Shown here in pieces: positions 26,482 to 38,240 of a stretch of DNA of 64,000 nucleotides. The stretch spans positions 1 to 64,000 of the forward strand of contig MNCI01002765.1 in assembly GCA_015680685.1 (NCBI GenBank), read 5' to 3'. The notes below the pieces were generated by a model. That model was not told where the DNA came from, did no database searches, and saw only the letters and a program-made list of their open reading frames with translations. Within the stretch, counting starts at the first letter, position 1, and each line of letters starts with the position of its first letter. The stretch is from Gnetum montanum. Its lineage: Eukaryota > Plantae > Gnetophyta. The position numbers and the translations under genes are program-made.

Positions 26482-27535
26482 TGATGAGACGCGACTTACA
26501 CTAGGCCGCGATATCGCGTACGCGATATCGCGTCTTCTCCTGCGATATCGCATACGCGATATCGCGTCGCGCCGCCATATCTATAAATAAGAGGCGGCAC
26601 TCCCTTCATTTCCCAATCCTAGCTAGTGTAGCGAAGCTCTGGCAGATTGATCACTCCAGAGTTAGAATTTTTCCCCATGTGCCCGCAGTAGGAGTCCTAG
26701 AGTGAACGGCTCTTTATTCGAGCAGCTTGTAACCTGAACCCAAGTTGTGTACGGCAATAAAGACGAACTTGTTTGGATAAACCTTGCAGCACGTGGTTTC
26801 ATTTATTGCTTTATTTCCTGCTTTCCTAGTGCGTTCAAGTACGACTTGATTACGAGCGTCTACGGACGTGTACGGCTAGTCAAGGAATCGGCTGCTTGAC
26901 GCAATGCATGAGTACGACTCAATTACGAGCATTGGATGCTTGGTAACCCAGTAGCGTATTCCAGGATTCTGCGCTTGGTAACTCCCGGGTCTAATGTGTA
27001 CGGCTAGTTGAGGAATCGGCTGCTCATTGCTAGGCTAGAACGTGTGATAAGTACGACTTAGTTACGAGCACCCACGGGTGTGTACGGCTGGCTAAGGAAT
27101 CGGCTGCTTATCACACGTAGGCTAAATAGGTGCCTCAGTACGACCACTTCGAGCACTTGCGTTACGTGTGGCGATCCCAGTAACGATTAGCGTTTGGTAA
27201 GCTGCAGTTGCATAGTTCAGGGTGTGTCCGGTAAGTGGGAACGGATGCTGACGCTAGTTAACTTAGACTTAGACCTTAGTTAGAGATTAGTTTAGTTTCT
27301 CAACCCTTTTCTCCTGGTAGCATAGAAGATAAGTCGAAAATACCAAAAAAATCACATACCTCAGACTTGCTTAACCATATACCGTGACACTTACAAGCAA
27401 GCCTGGGAAAACAACGAACGATTAACCCCAAGTGTTTCTTATGGCATTAAGGCATTTAGTCTGCGAAGTTCGACCGGATCGCGCGTGTACGCTCGTTTCG
27501 TATGGTGGAGTGTAGGGGTACCTCGCCACTCATCA
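26482..27535 (+). mobile_element. Young solo LTR (1054 bp, Athila-like family) inserted in the Tekay 5' LTR
   Basis: TGATGAG...CTCATCA termini; perfect 5-bp TSD GTTAT (26477-26481, 27536-27540); TATA at 26581; AATAAA at 26756; CpG largely intact. Confidence 0.95.
26831..27251 (+). ncRNA. Four tandem copies of a covarying structured-RNA motif in the LTR U5 region (putative cis-acting RNA)
   Basis: Near-invariant loop strands ACGA / CGAG / UGUACGGC / GAAUCGGCU, separated by stems that differ in sequence between copies but keep pairing. Confidence 0.7.
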
Positions 27536-27725
27536 GTTATCTTTACCTATTTTCTATACATCATTGATTTTTAGTTATCATGCTTCCATTGTAGATTACT
27601 GGTGATCCTAGGCATCACCCTGCCCTAGCTAGGATAGGGTGTTACATTGTGGTTTCGAAGCTAGTTTAGTCCAATGTGGTATGAACGTCAAAGTACTCAT
27701 CCATTTGTGATTTCAGGTTACAAAT

Positions 27726-30700
27726 ATGTATAGTAGACATGGTCATAATTCTAGTGGGGCCCGTAGACCAAAAGAGCCTAATGATAGACAAGAGCAGCCT
27801 CATCAAACATCTAGTAGTGGTCTTGCAAATGGGTAATCAAATCTTATACGGGAATTATAGATCCTATAGCAGCATGTTGTAGCTATAGTAGACACTCAGA
27901 AGAATCAAACAAGCAACCTATCAATACGGAATTAGTAGAGTAGTTTTGGAAGTTGGGACCTCCTAAATTTGGTGGCACTAAGGATCCCACTGTAACTATA
28001 GAATGGTTAGAGGAATTACAAAAGACTTTTAATTTGATATGTTATTCATTGATTCAACAGACTCACTTGGTATTCTATCAGTTGGTTGGTACTACTTGGT
28101 GTTGATGGATGACTAAAGAGCAAGCCAATGAATGGACTAGCCAAGAGGTGGCATGGGATGATTTTTTGACCTCTTTATAAGCCCATTAGGCATCTACCCA
28201 ATATGCATAGGCCAAGGAGGACAAGTTCTAGGGTAGTTGATTTGTGACAAAGTATGATGCTCGTTTCTCTAAGTTGAGTAATTATATACAATAGATGTAA
28301 ATAGATGCTCAAGCACAAGTGAACAGAGTTGTTTGATATTTGAGGAAATATTTGAAGGATCACCTATTACCCCTCAAATTGATGTCCTATGATGAGGCTA
28401 GAGAAGTAGCCATGGATTTAGAGAGGAGTCAATAGACAGATATAGCACATAGAGAGAGGCAGCAAGGGCATAAGAGAGGATTGACATATGGAGAGAGTCT
28501 TGGACCCTCTAAGCAAGCTCGTGGGCATGGAAGAGAGTGCCCAACACCCACTCATGGTCCTACTATTGGAACTGTTCATGGATCTATTGTTTGTTATAGA
28601 TGTGGATAGCCTAGTTATATGCAAAGTGATTGTTAGAATTATTTTGCATGTGGGTAGCTAGGGCATCAAGCTTAGGAGTTCCCAAAGTAAGTAGGTAGTA
28701 GTGGATGAGGCAAAGGTTGAGCATAGCAACCTTTAGTTTAGGGTGGAATGGAGTACCGATCACTCAGCCCAAAGGAGGGGACCATAGGATATAAGGGCAG
28801 GTGTATGCCTTAATAGACTAGCCATTGGATGTGTAGCCAAACACAGTGATGCAGATGAGAGGTATGAATTTGGGCTTTGATATGTTGATTTTATTTAATC
28901 CAAGTGCTAGTCATTCTTTTGTAGATCCTATCTTTGCACATCATGTAGCTCTTATATGTCATTCTCTTTCTCCTAAGTTGATAGTATCTTCTGCTAGGGA
29001 TCATGAAACTCAAGTTAATCATGTATGTATAGGTGTGTCAATAGAATTGGAAGGTGTGTAGTGGGCTAGTGATTTACATGTTATGGATCTTGGGGTATAT
29101 GATGTAATTTTGGATATGGATTGATTGGTGTAGTTCAATACTAGTTTGGACTGTCGACAAAAGCTCCTATGACTATAATTAGTTTATGGTGCTCCAATTG
29201 AGGTACAAACTCATCCAAGAACTATGCATCTGGATTTAGTCTTCTCTCAAATGTACCGTAGGATGCTTCAAAAATGGCATGAATGCTTTGTGGCTACAAT
29301 ATATAAAATAGATATGGTGAAGATAGATCAAATTCCTATGATTTAAGAATTCTCTAATGTGTTCTAGTCAGAATTATTAGGTTTGCCACTAAGGCAAGAG
29401 ATTAAGTTTGAAATCAAATTTAAACCTATTACAGAGCCTATTTCAAAGGCTCCACATAGGATGTCCCCTGTAGAGTTAGCAAAGTTGAAGATTTAGCTAC
29501 AAAAATTGTTGGACAAAGGCCTTATTCAACCTAGTGTATCATTGTGGGATGCACTAGTGCTTTTTGTTAAAAATAAGGATGAGGGTTTGTGGCTATGCAT
29601 AGATTACAAGTAGTTAAACCAAGTGACTATGCAGAATAAATATCCTCTACCATGCATTGATAACTTATTTGATCAACTTCAGGGAGCTCATGTATTCTCA
29701 AAGATTGATCTCAAGTTTGAGTATCATCAGGTGTGGGTTCGTGAATAGGATGTTTCAAAGACAACATTGAAAATACGATATGGCCATTATAAGTTTTTAG
29801 TGCTTCCATTTGGGTTGATAAATGCATCAACATTTTTCATGCATCTCATGAATAGTGTGATGTGGCCATTCCTCGATCAGTTTGTGATTGTGTTCATAGA
29901 TGATATCTTAGTATATTATCTTGATGAGAAATTTCATGCAAAGCACTTGTAGATGATCTTACAAACTTTAAGTACCAACTATATGCTCATCCATCCAAGT
30001 GTTCATTTTGGTAGTCAAACATTCAGTTCTTAGGACATGTGGTGTCACGAGTTGGTATCTCTATGGATCCTACAAAGATTGTAGTTGCTCATGATTGGCC
30101 TATGCAGCAATCAGTACTGGAGGTGTGAAGCTTCTTGGGATTGGCAGGATATTACCATAGGTTTGTGGAACATATTTCTCACTTAGCATCTCCTTTGACT
30201 CAATTATTGAGAAAGGAGACTACCTTTACTTAGAGCCTAGCTTGTCAGGCTGCATTTGAAGAGTTGAAGCATATATTGATGATTTTTCTAGTGCTAATAT
30301 TTCCTACACTAGGACATTCATATAATGTTAGTACTGATTCCTTAGGGGATGGCTTTGGTTATGTGTTAATGAAGGATGGACAGGTTGTGGCTTATGCATC
30401 CCATCAATTAAGGCCACATGAAATTAGACATCTTGTGCATGATCTAGAGTTAGGTGTGGTGATCTTTGCATTAAATATTTGGTGAAATTATCTATATGGG
30501 AAGCAAGGTACTATTTGGACTAACCATAAGAGCCTCCAATATTTTATGAGTCAGCCACAGCTAAACTTATGACAACGTAAATGGGTGGAGCTACTGCTGA
30601 CTTTGATTTCACTATTAAATATAGACTTGGAAAGACTAATAAAGAGTAGATGCATTGAGTAGGATGGCAAGCAAGTTTAACAGCTTGAAAATCCAATCAA

Positions 30701-32050
30701 ATTTGTAGGAGTAAATATGAGAGAAACAACAACATGATCCATGGTATCAAGAATTGCAATTATAGATCACCTCTGATGGACCACTCTCTATGGATAGTCA
30801 TGGAGTGTTACGAAGGGATGATCGAGTATGTGTTCTAAAATCTCTATGAATGCAATTGATGGATGAGGCCCACATGACCAAATACCAAATGCATCCAAGT
30901 CATTAGAAAATGTACTAGAGTTTACGACAGATGTATTGGTGGCCTAGTATGAGGAATGTAGGAGAGTGTGTATCTTGTTGTTTAATTTACTAGCAAGTGA
31001 AGATAGAGCATCAAAGGTCTGGGGGATATTTGCATTTCCACAATATTCCTCAATGGAAATGGGATGCCATTGATGTGGATTTCATTGTTGGTCTTCTGCG
31101 AGCTCGTAGTGGCCATGATGCTATATTAGTAGTTATTGATTTGTTAACAAAGTCTACCCATTTCCTTGCCACGCAAGCATCGATGAGTGCAATGGAACCT
31201 ACACATATCTTTCTTGTAGAGATAGTGTGATTACATGGTGTACCATGACAAATTATTAGTGATAGAGATTCTTGATTCATGTCACATTTTTGACAAGCAT
31301 TTTAGAAGGAGATGGGTACAAAGCTAAATATGAGTTAAGCATATCATCCACAAACTAATGATCATACTAAGTGGGTGAATCAGATTTACATATAATAATA
31401 GTTATTAGGATATTTTTCAAGTAGCATCATATGACAGTTTATATGGTAGGCCATGTAGAACACCTTTATGTTAGGATACCATAGAAGATCATCAGCAAGT
31501 AAGCACAAATTTGGTGAGGTAGACTATAGAGCATATTTGAGAGATTCAAGATAGATTAAGAGCTACACAAGTTAGGCAGGTGGTATATGCTGATCAGCAT
31601 CGAAGGCCATTGAATTTTATGGTTAGAGATCATGTCTTTCTGCATGTTTCTCCCTTGAAAGATCTTACCCAATTTGGCTAAAAAGGGAAATTAGCTCCTA
31701 GATACATTGGTCCTTTTTAAGTGTTACAGTGGATTGGAAGAGTGGCTTATCGAATAGCATTACCTTCTCATTTGACACATGTACATGATGTATTTCATGT
31801 ATCTATGCTACAAAGTTATGTGTCTAATGAACATCATGTGATTGACCATTCAAGGATACAACTACAATTTGATGTTAGTTATGTTGAGTAGCCAATAGAG
31901 ATTGTTGATCATATGTTGCGATAGCTACATAGTAAAGTTGTACCTATGGTCAATATTTTATGGAGTAGAGATGGGGCTTCAGAGGCTACCTAGGAAGTGG
32001 AGACTGAGATGCATGTAGCTCATCCTAAGATCTTCTGGGAGGAAGATTCT
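27726..32050 (+). pseudogene. Tekay-like gag-pol pseudogene
   Basis: LFNPSASHSF (protease), [25 protein letters not shown] (RT), [18 protein letters not shown] (RNase H), KIEHQR..PQWKWDAIDVDFIVGL (integrase), C-terminal chromodomain-like EAT*E. Confidence 0.9.
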
Positions 32051-32064
32051 CAAGGAGGGGAAAG

Positions 32065-34860
32065 TGTTACATCCCATCCAGATACATTAGGTGCATTCAT
32101 ATGCTTACGATTTCTACATTACATGTGGAGTCACGATGGGTTGTTTTGGATAATTTAATTTAATATAAATTTATTTTCTATGCTATGAAGCTTCATCTTT
32201 ATGTTCCAATTATGATGTCTTAGCATACTTAACTAACTTGATTATGTACACTAGCCCTATGTGATATGTTAGACAAGTGAGGTTGCTGGTAGGAGTGTTG
32301 GATTAAGGTACAAGAGCACCTATCCAGTATGTATTTATGCTATATGTGTGGTTTTTGTATTTATGCATTTGCACTATAGCACTATGTTGCATGATGTTCA
32401 TGTGTGATTTTGACATGTAAATGTGTAGAGAATTTGATAAGGATTTCATAGGTTCAAATAGATTTTAATTTGGAGCTTGAGTATGATTGTTATGCACATT
32501 TGAAATGCAGGGTATTGGTTGGGAAGGGAATAAAAGAAATAAACATATGAAAATAAAAAGTAAAACTAAAAAGTAAAATTAAAAATTGGATGTTGTATGT
32601 GACATGTAAAAAGGAAGCAGCTTGTGTATATTTTTTTTTTTAAAAAAAAGCATATGCTAAGAGTATATGATGAAAAATAACATAGTTTATAATGTTGGTA
32701 TTTTTACCACTATCCTTTTTCTACCACAACCCATAAAAGTTGAGCTTTATTCATTTCTTTCTAACTCTCAAAATGGAAACTAATATCATGTTTACTCTCT
32801 TTCAGTTTTGTTCTATTTCATCCCTTTTTTCTCTAGAATTTTAAGCTTTATGGACAATTTTTGATTCCTCTGAACCTAGATTTGGGATTGCTATCATTAC
32901 ATCTATGTGGGTGTAGGACTTGTTTGGAGCAAAATGGAGCCAAATTTTTTAGGGTTTTTTGCTTATTTCAACCTTTCTACCCCAACAATTTTAATTGGTG
33001 GGTTGTCTTTACCTTTTCCTTTTATTTTTATGCTAGATTAGTGTATATGATAATGTGATGTGTGCATGTGGGACAAATAGCTCAAAGATTGAGCTTAGGC
33101 ATATTATTTTGCGTATTTCCTGAAATTATATGATTTTGGTTATGAATTGTTTATTAATATATATGCAATGTATGGTATGATGTGAACTTGTGGAATATGA
33201 TATGTTATGTTGATGAGACTACTATGATAGGAATATTATGTTTTCAGAATCTATTATCACACAAGTATTTTTGGGATTTTCAATCCTTCCTAGCAGTAAT
33301 TAAATATTATTTTATTAATCAAACTTTGAACATGCATAACTTTGCTTCCAGGAGTTTGATTTAGGTAAAATTAATATTGTTGGAATCATTTTGGGAAGTA
33401 CTTTCTAATTGTGGAATTGGTTTTCTCTTTGGGCATATATCATTTTGAAGGTTAGTATAGTGGTCATTTGTTTAGAATTACATATAGTTTGAGAAATATG
33501 GTATTGTTTTGTCATATCATGGTATTACTGTTGTTTTGTTGAATCATGGTATTGTTTTCATGGAATGACTATGACTATTAGGTGTGGACATATCTTGTTA
33601 TGTTATGTTATGTTTGGATGTGTTGTGCTTATGACATGCATTGGCTTAAGTTAGTTAGAATGTGTACATGTCTTTGTGAGAACACTTGTGATGATCATTG
33701 GCAGGTGGTGCTAGCATGAGGATGTGGACCAATTAGTGATGAGGCACCCTAGAGGTAGTATAGATTGACGCCCACTATGATGCATTAATGAGGCTCCTAC
33801 CTCAAGCCTCATCTTGAGAGTGGGAGAGCGTAGGTGTGTTCATCCCTATGGATGGTACATGGCATAGGTGTGTTCATCCCTATCACCAATCTTCCAAAAG
33901 GCTAGTGGTTGTAGGTCACAAGTTTCCGAACCCTAGCATCGATTGGATAAATATAAAACTAAGAAAATACCTACAAGCAATCATTGTTATGAGTTCTCAC
34001 AGTAATGTTTTGCATGCTACACTGAGTGTGGATATGCTAGCGACCACATGGGCTATGTATATGATAGTATTGATTTGTCAATCATATTATGGATAATATG
34101 TATTATGATTGGATTATGATTATATGGATCACTGACTATTTAACGGTATATCATAGGTATGATGACATGTGCATGATAGTGGAAATGCATGTGATGTGGT
34201 GTAACGAATATATGATAAATGATGTTGAACTGTGGCTTTATCTATGATTGTATGATAGCCATCTATCCTCTTTGATAATGATTATGTTAGCATTATGGGT
34301 GATATGGTGTGTGTGTGTGTGTGTTGTTTTAAGCATGTGTAAGACTAATAGTTATTGTAGGTTGTCTTGTACCCCACTGCTCTCCTCCAATGTGACGCTT
34401 TTTAACCATGTAGCAAGGGAAGTGTAAAAGCTTCTCACTCAATTGTGTACTAACTTTATTTAATTATAGGTGAAAGGTGTAGGAGCCCAGATGAGCATGG
34501 AGAGGGAGAGTAGAGGAGGGGAAAATCTTCAATGCTTGGTTAATGTATATTTTCATGTATAGTAGTATGGACTATGTATAGCTGTATAAAACTCTTTGTA
34601 CTCTTATATATACGATGATGATGTTTATGTGTTTTTGTATTTTAGCATAGTAATGCATATTTTAATTTATGTAGAGACATGAAGTTCTATAAATTGAAAT
34701 GTATATTTAGTTTTTAGTTTGGTATGAAATTTCTATGCAATTTGACCTTCCTTAATATCATGTATTCTACACACCATTGGTTTTTAGTTATCATGCTTCC
34801 ATTGTAAGATTACTATTGATCCTAGGCATCACCCTATGCTAGCTAGGGCAAGTTGTTACA
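32065..34860 (+). repeat. 3' LTR of the Tekay-like element (2.8 kb)
   Basis: Matches 25482-26460 at its start and about 27550-27646 at its end. Confidence 0.9.
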
Positions 34861-36235
34861 CAGTGTCATCTAGAAGTCATAATATGTATTGACAGATGAA
34901 AAATGGTTGTAATTTTGACCTATTGGAAGGCACGAAACCTACCAAAAGCCTAGTTTATGTGGAGTGCTAAAGGTTGCAAGTAGCATGGCCTTGCAAGTTC
35001 ACCCAAAAGTCAAAATAACCATCAGGAAGATGAAAATGGTTGTAATTTTGTCCTATTGGAAGGCATGAAACCTACTAGAAGTCATAATGAATGACTAGAA
35101 GATGAAAATTTGTATTAATTTTGGCCTACCAAAATGTGCAAAACCTTCTAGTAGTATGGTTCAGGTGGAGTGCAAGTAGCACTGCCTTATAGTTTCAACC
35201 AGAAATCATAATGACCATCCATTATATGAAAACTAGTTGAAATTTTAGCTTACTAGAAGGTGTGAAACCTTTCAATAGCATGTTTTAGGTGGAGTGCGAG
35301 TAGCATTGCCTCACAGTTTCAACCAAAAGTCATAATGACCATCTGATAAATTAAAAATGGTTAAAATTTTGGTCTATCAGAAGGTACAAAACTTTTCAAA
35401 AGCTTGATTCAAGTGGAGTGTGAGTGGTTGCAAGTAACAATATCTTGTAGTGTCATCCAAAACTCATAATAAATATTTGGTAAATAAAAAGTGGTTATAA
35501 TTTTGGCCTACTTAAAGGCACAAAACTTATTGGAAGCCTAGTCTAGCTGGAGTGCAAGAGGCTAAAAATAGCATAGCCTCATAGTTACATCTAGAGGTCA
35601 TAATAACCATCTAATAGATGAAAAATGGTTGTAATTTTGGCCTATCAAAAAGCATGAAACCTATTGGAAGCTTGGTTTAGTTAAAGTGCAAGAGGCTACA
35701 GGTAGCATAGCTTTGTAGTTTAATCCAAAAGACATAATGACCAGTGGAAAGAAGAAAAATTATTGTAACTTTGGCCTACTTGAAGGCACGAAACCTTCCA
35801 GTTGCATTTTTTAAGTGAAGTGCGTGTAGCATTGCCTCGCAGTTTCAATCAAATGTCACAATGACCATCCCATAGATTAGAAATGGTTGAAATTTTGGCC
35901 TACCAAAAGACACGAAACCTTCCAATAACACATTTCAGGTGGCATGCAAGTAACACTACCTCACAGCTTCAATCGGAAGTCATAGTGACCATCCAACAGA
36001 TTAAAAATGGTTGAAATTTTGGCCTACCAAAAGATAGGAAATCTTGGGAAGCTTAGTTCAAGTGGCGTGCAAGTGGTTGCAAGTAGCACTATTTCAATGT
36101 CATCCGAAAGTCATAATAAATATCCAACAAATGAAAAATGGTTGTCATTTTGGCCTACCAAAAGGCACGAAACCTATCAAAAGCTTGGTTTAGGTCTAGT
36201 GCAAAAGGGTGCAAGTAGCATGACCTCACAGTATC
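34861..36235. repeat. ~124-134 bp satellite-like tandem array, right part
   Basis: About 11 further units of the same monomer, resuming in register after the Tekay insertion. Confidence 0.9.
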
Positions 36236-36239
36236 TCAC

Positions 36240-36665
36240 ATTTAAATTTTGAAAATTAATAAATTATTTTAGGTGCAATCATATGCAAGTTGCAATTATT
36301 GGTTGACAACATGAATATGCATGCAAGCCTAGTTCAAGTCCAATGCGAGAGGGTGCAAGTAGCACGGCCTCATAGTATCTTGCATTTAAATTTTGAAAAT
36401 TAATAAATTATTTTAGGTGCGATCATATGCGAGTTGCAATCATTGGTTGACAACACAAATATGCATGCATATCAACATGTTAGATTATGAAAATTAATAA
36501 ACTATTTTAGGTGCAAGCATATGTGAGTCGCAATCATTGGTGGACAACATGAATATGCATGCATATCAACATGTTAAATTCTGAAAATTAATAAATTATT
36601 TTAGGTGCAAGCATATGTGAGTCACAATTATTGGTTGACAACATGAATATGCATGCATGTCAACA
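36240..36665. repeat. Four ~90-bp tandem units
   Basis: GAAAATTAATAAATTATTTTAGGTGC..TTGGTTGACAACATGAATATGCATGCA occurs four times. Confidence 0.85.
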
Positions 36666-38029
36666 TAAAATACATCTATGCACAATATGACACATTATCC
36701 ATTAGCATCAACATGAAATTCATAACATACATACCCATGGCCACACCAACCACCTCATAGGCTTTGTAACTCCCTAAAGAGGCCAATTGTAACCTTTCCC
36801 CCTACTACATGTGACTTAGCCTTGATACTCTAGATCAAATCAATCGTATTTTATTGATATTTATCTTGACGTATGATTTGGTTCCATATTTTATTGATAT
36901 TTATCTTGACGTAGAATTTGGTTTGTGTTAAATAAGATCATCCATGTTTTGGTATCTATTTTAAATAATACCACCCAACCACCAACAACTAAAGATGTAT
37001 CTTTTTATGTTGTCATTGCATATCATGGCATGTATGTTTTCATTATGTTACAGATCATTGAATGATTGCATATGATGATGTGGGAGATTATGAAGGAGCA
37101 AATGGGAAATGTTGCAGATTACGTTGAAGCCTTGGAAGAAATGGCATGCCATAACATGATGCGATGTCAAGCCATGATGTCTCCACACATACAGGAGTGG
37201 AGTGTAAGCCCATTAGGGACATGAGTAAATTCAACCCATTCAATTTTTTCTCCTTTAATCTTTTCTATTTTTTCCCCTTTAATCTTTTCTATAAAAATAC
37301 CAGTGTTCTTGCAGGTTTGAAAACGATAGAACATACAATGTACCCATGCGTGTACACCTGGTTTTAATAAATATAGGTAAAGAGGGGACATCTGATGCTG
37401 CTTATTGTTACTGAGTGTACAAATGTGGCTTACGCGTTCGCTCTGTCAGTAAATGAGATCGTTGGTATTTTATGGATTGTTCGCGTTTTACCTATATTTA
37501 TTTTGAGGTAAGTTAGATATTTATTTGAGGTAAAATACCGTGATTTTAATGGGTCGAACTTTATGCTTCGGAATCACTTTTAAATAATACCAACCGACCA
37601 ACGAATCTTTGGACCATGGATGAACGACAAAAACATGGTTAAGGTTGCGAAACATTGCAGATTTCTCAAACTATGCTCGGACCCATCTTTAACGTACAGT
37701 TTGGTTTGGTTTAAATGACAATAATGAAAATATGGGATTACTGATATTTTCGTTCACGTAGACAGCTATGGTTTTAATGTGTACAGGTTAATGCTCTGCT
37801 ATAATTTTTAAATATCTACTCAACAACAGCCAGATACATCAACCAGAGTACTGCGTACAGGTCGATGCTGGTATCATTTTTAGCAGTCTGCGTACAGGTC
37901 GATGCTGGTATCATTTTTAGCAGTCGTTCTGTTAGCAGATCTGGCACCAAAATATGAAATGAGATGAAAATAAAGAGCAATTGAACCAGAGGCAAATGCA
38001 TAAGAATGTTATTATCAGCAATGAACCTG

Positions 38030-38240
38030 TACACAAGCTTCTCTCTTCATCACAAAGAGAGAACAAGAAGAAGCCTCTCTCTCATGCAATGTGGAAATAA
38101 CAAGCTTCCCTCTCTTCATCTGTTCATCACAAGGAGAGAACAAGAAGAAGCCTTTCTCTCATGCAATGTGGAAATAACAAGCTTCTCTCTCTTCATCACA
38201 AGGAGAGAACAAGAAAAAGCCTCTCTCTCATGCAATGGGA
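38030..38240. repeat. Three ~67-79 bp tandem units
   Basis: ACAAGCTTC..TTCATCACAA(A/G)GAGAGAACAAGAA(G/A)AAGCCT..CTCATGCAATG occurs three times. Confidence 0.85.

Larger units (their letters stand above)
25482..34860 (+). mobile_element. Ty3/gypsy chromovirus (Tekay/Del-like) LTR retrotransposon, degenerate
   Basis: LTRs 25482-27646 and 32065-34860 (TGTTACA ends). Met-type PBS TGGTTTCGAAGC at about 27650. PPT AAGGAGGGGAAAG. Domain order gag-PR-RT-RH-INT-chromo. TSD degenerate (TAGTC/CAGTG). Confidence 0.9.

Noticed and set aside
26482-26500. TGATGAG at LTR starts resembling the hammerhead core CUGAUGA (retrozyme)
   Set aside because: It is the LTR terminal inverted repeat (TGATGAG..CTCATCA). 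There is no preceding C, stem II-GAAA or cleavage triplet geometry.
37052-37230. Possible exon (AG..GT bounded, coding-like composition)
   Set aside because: No recognisable protein motif or partner exons; cannot be supported.
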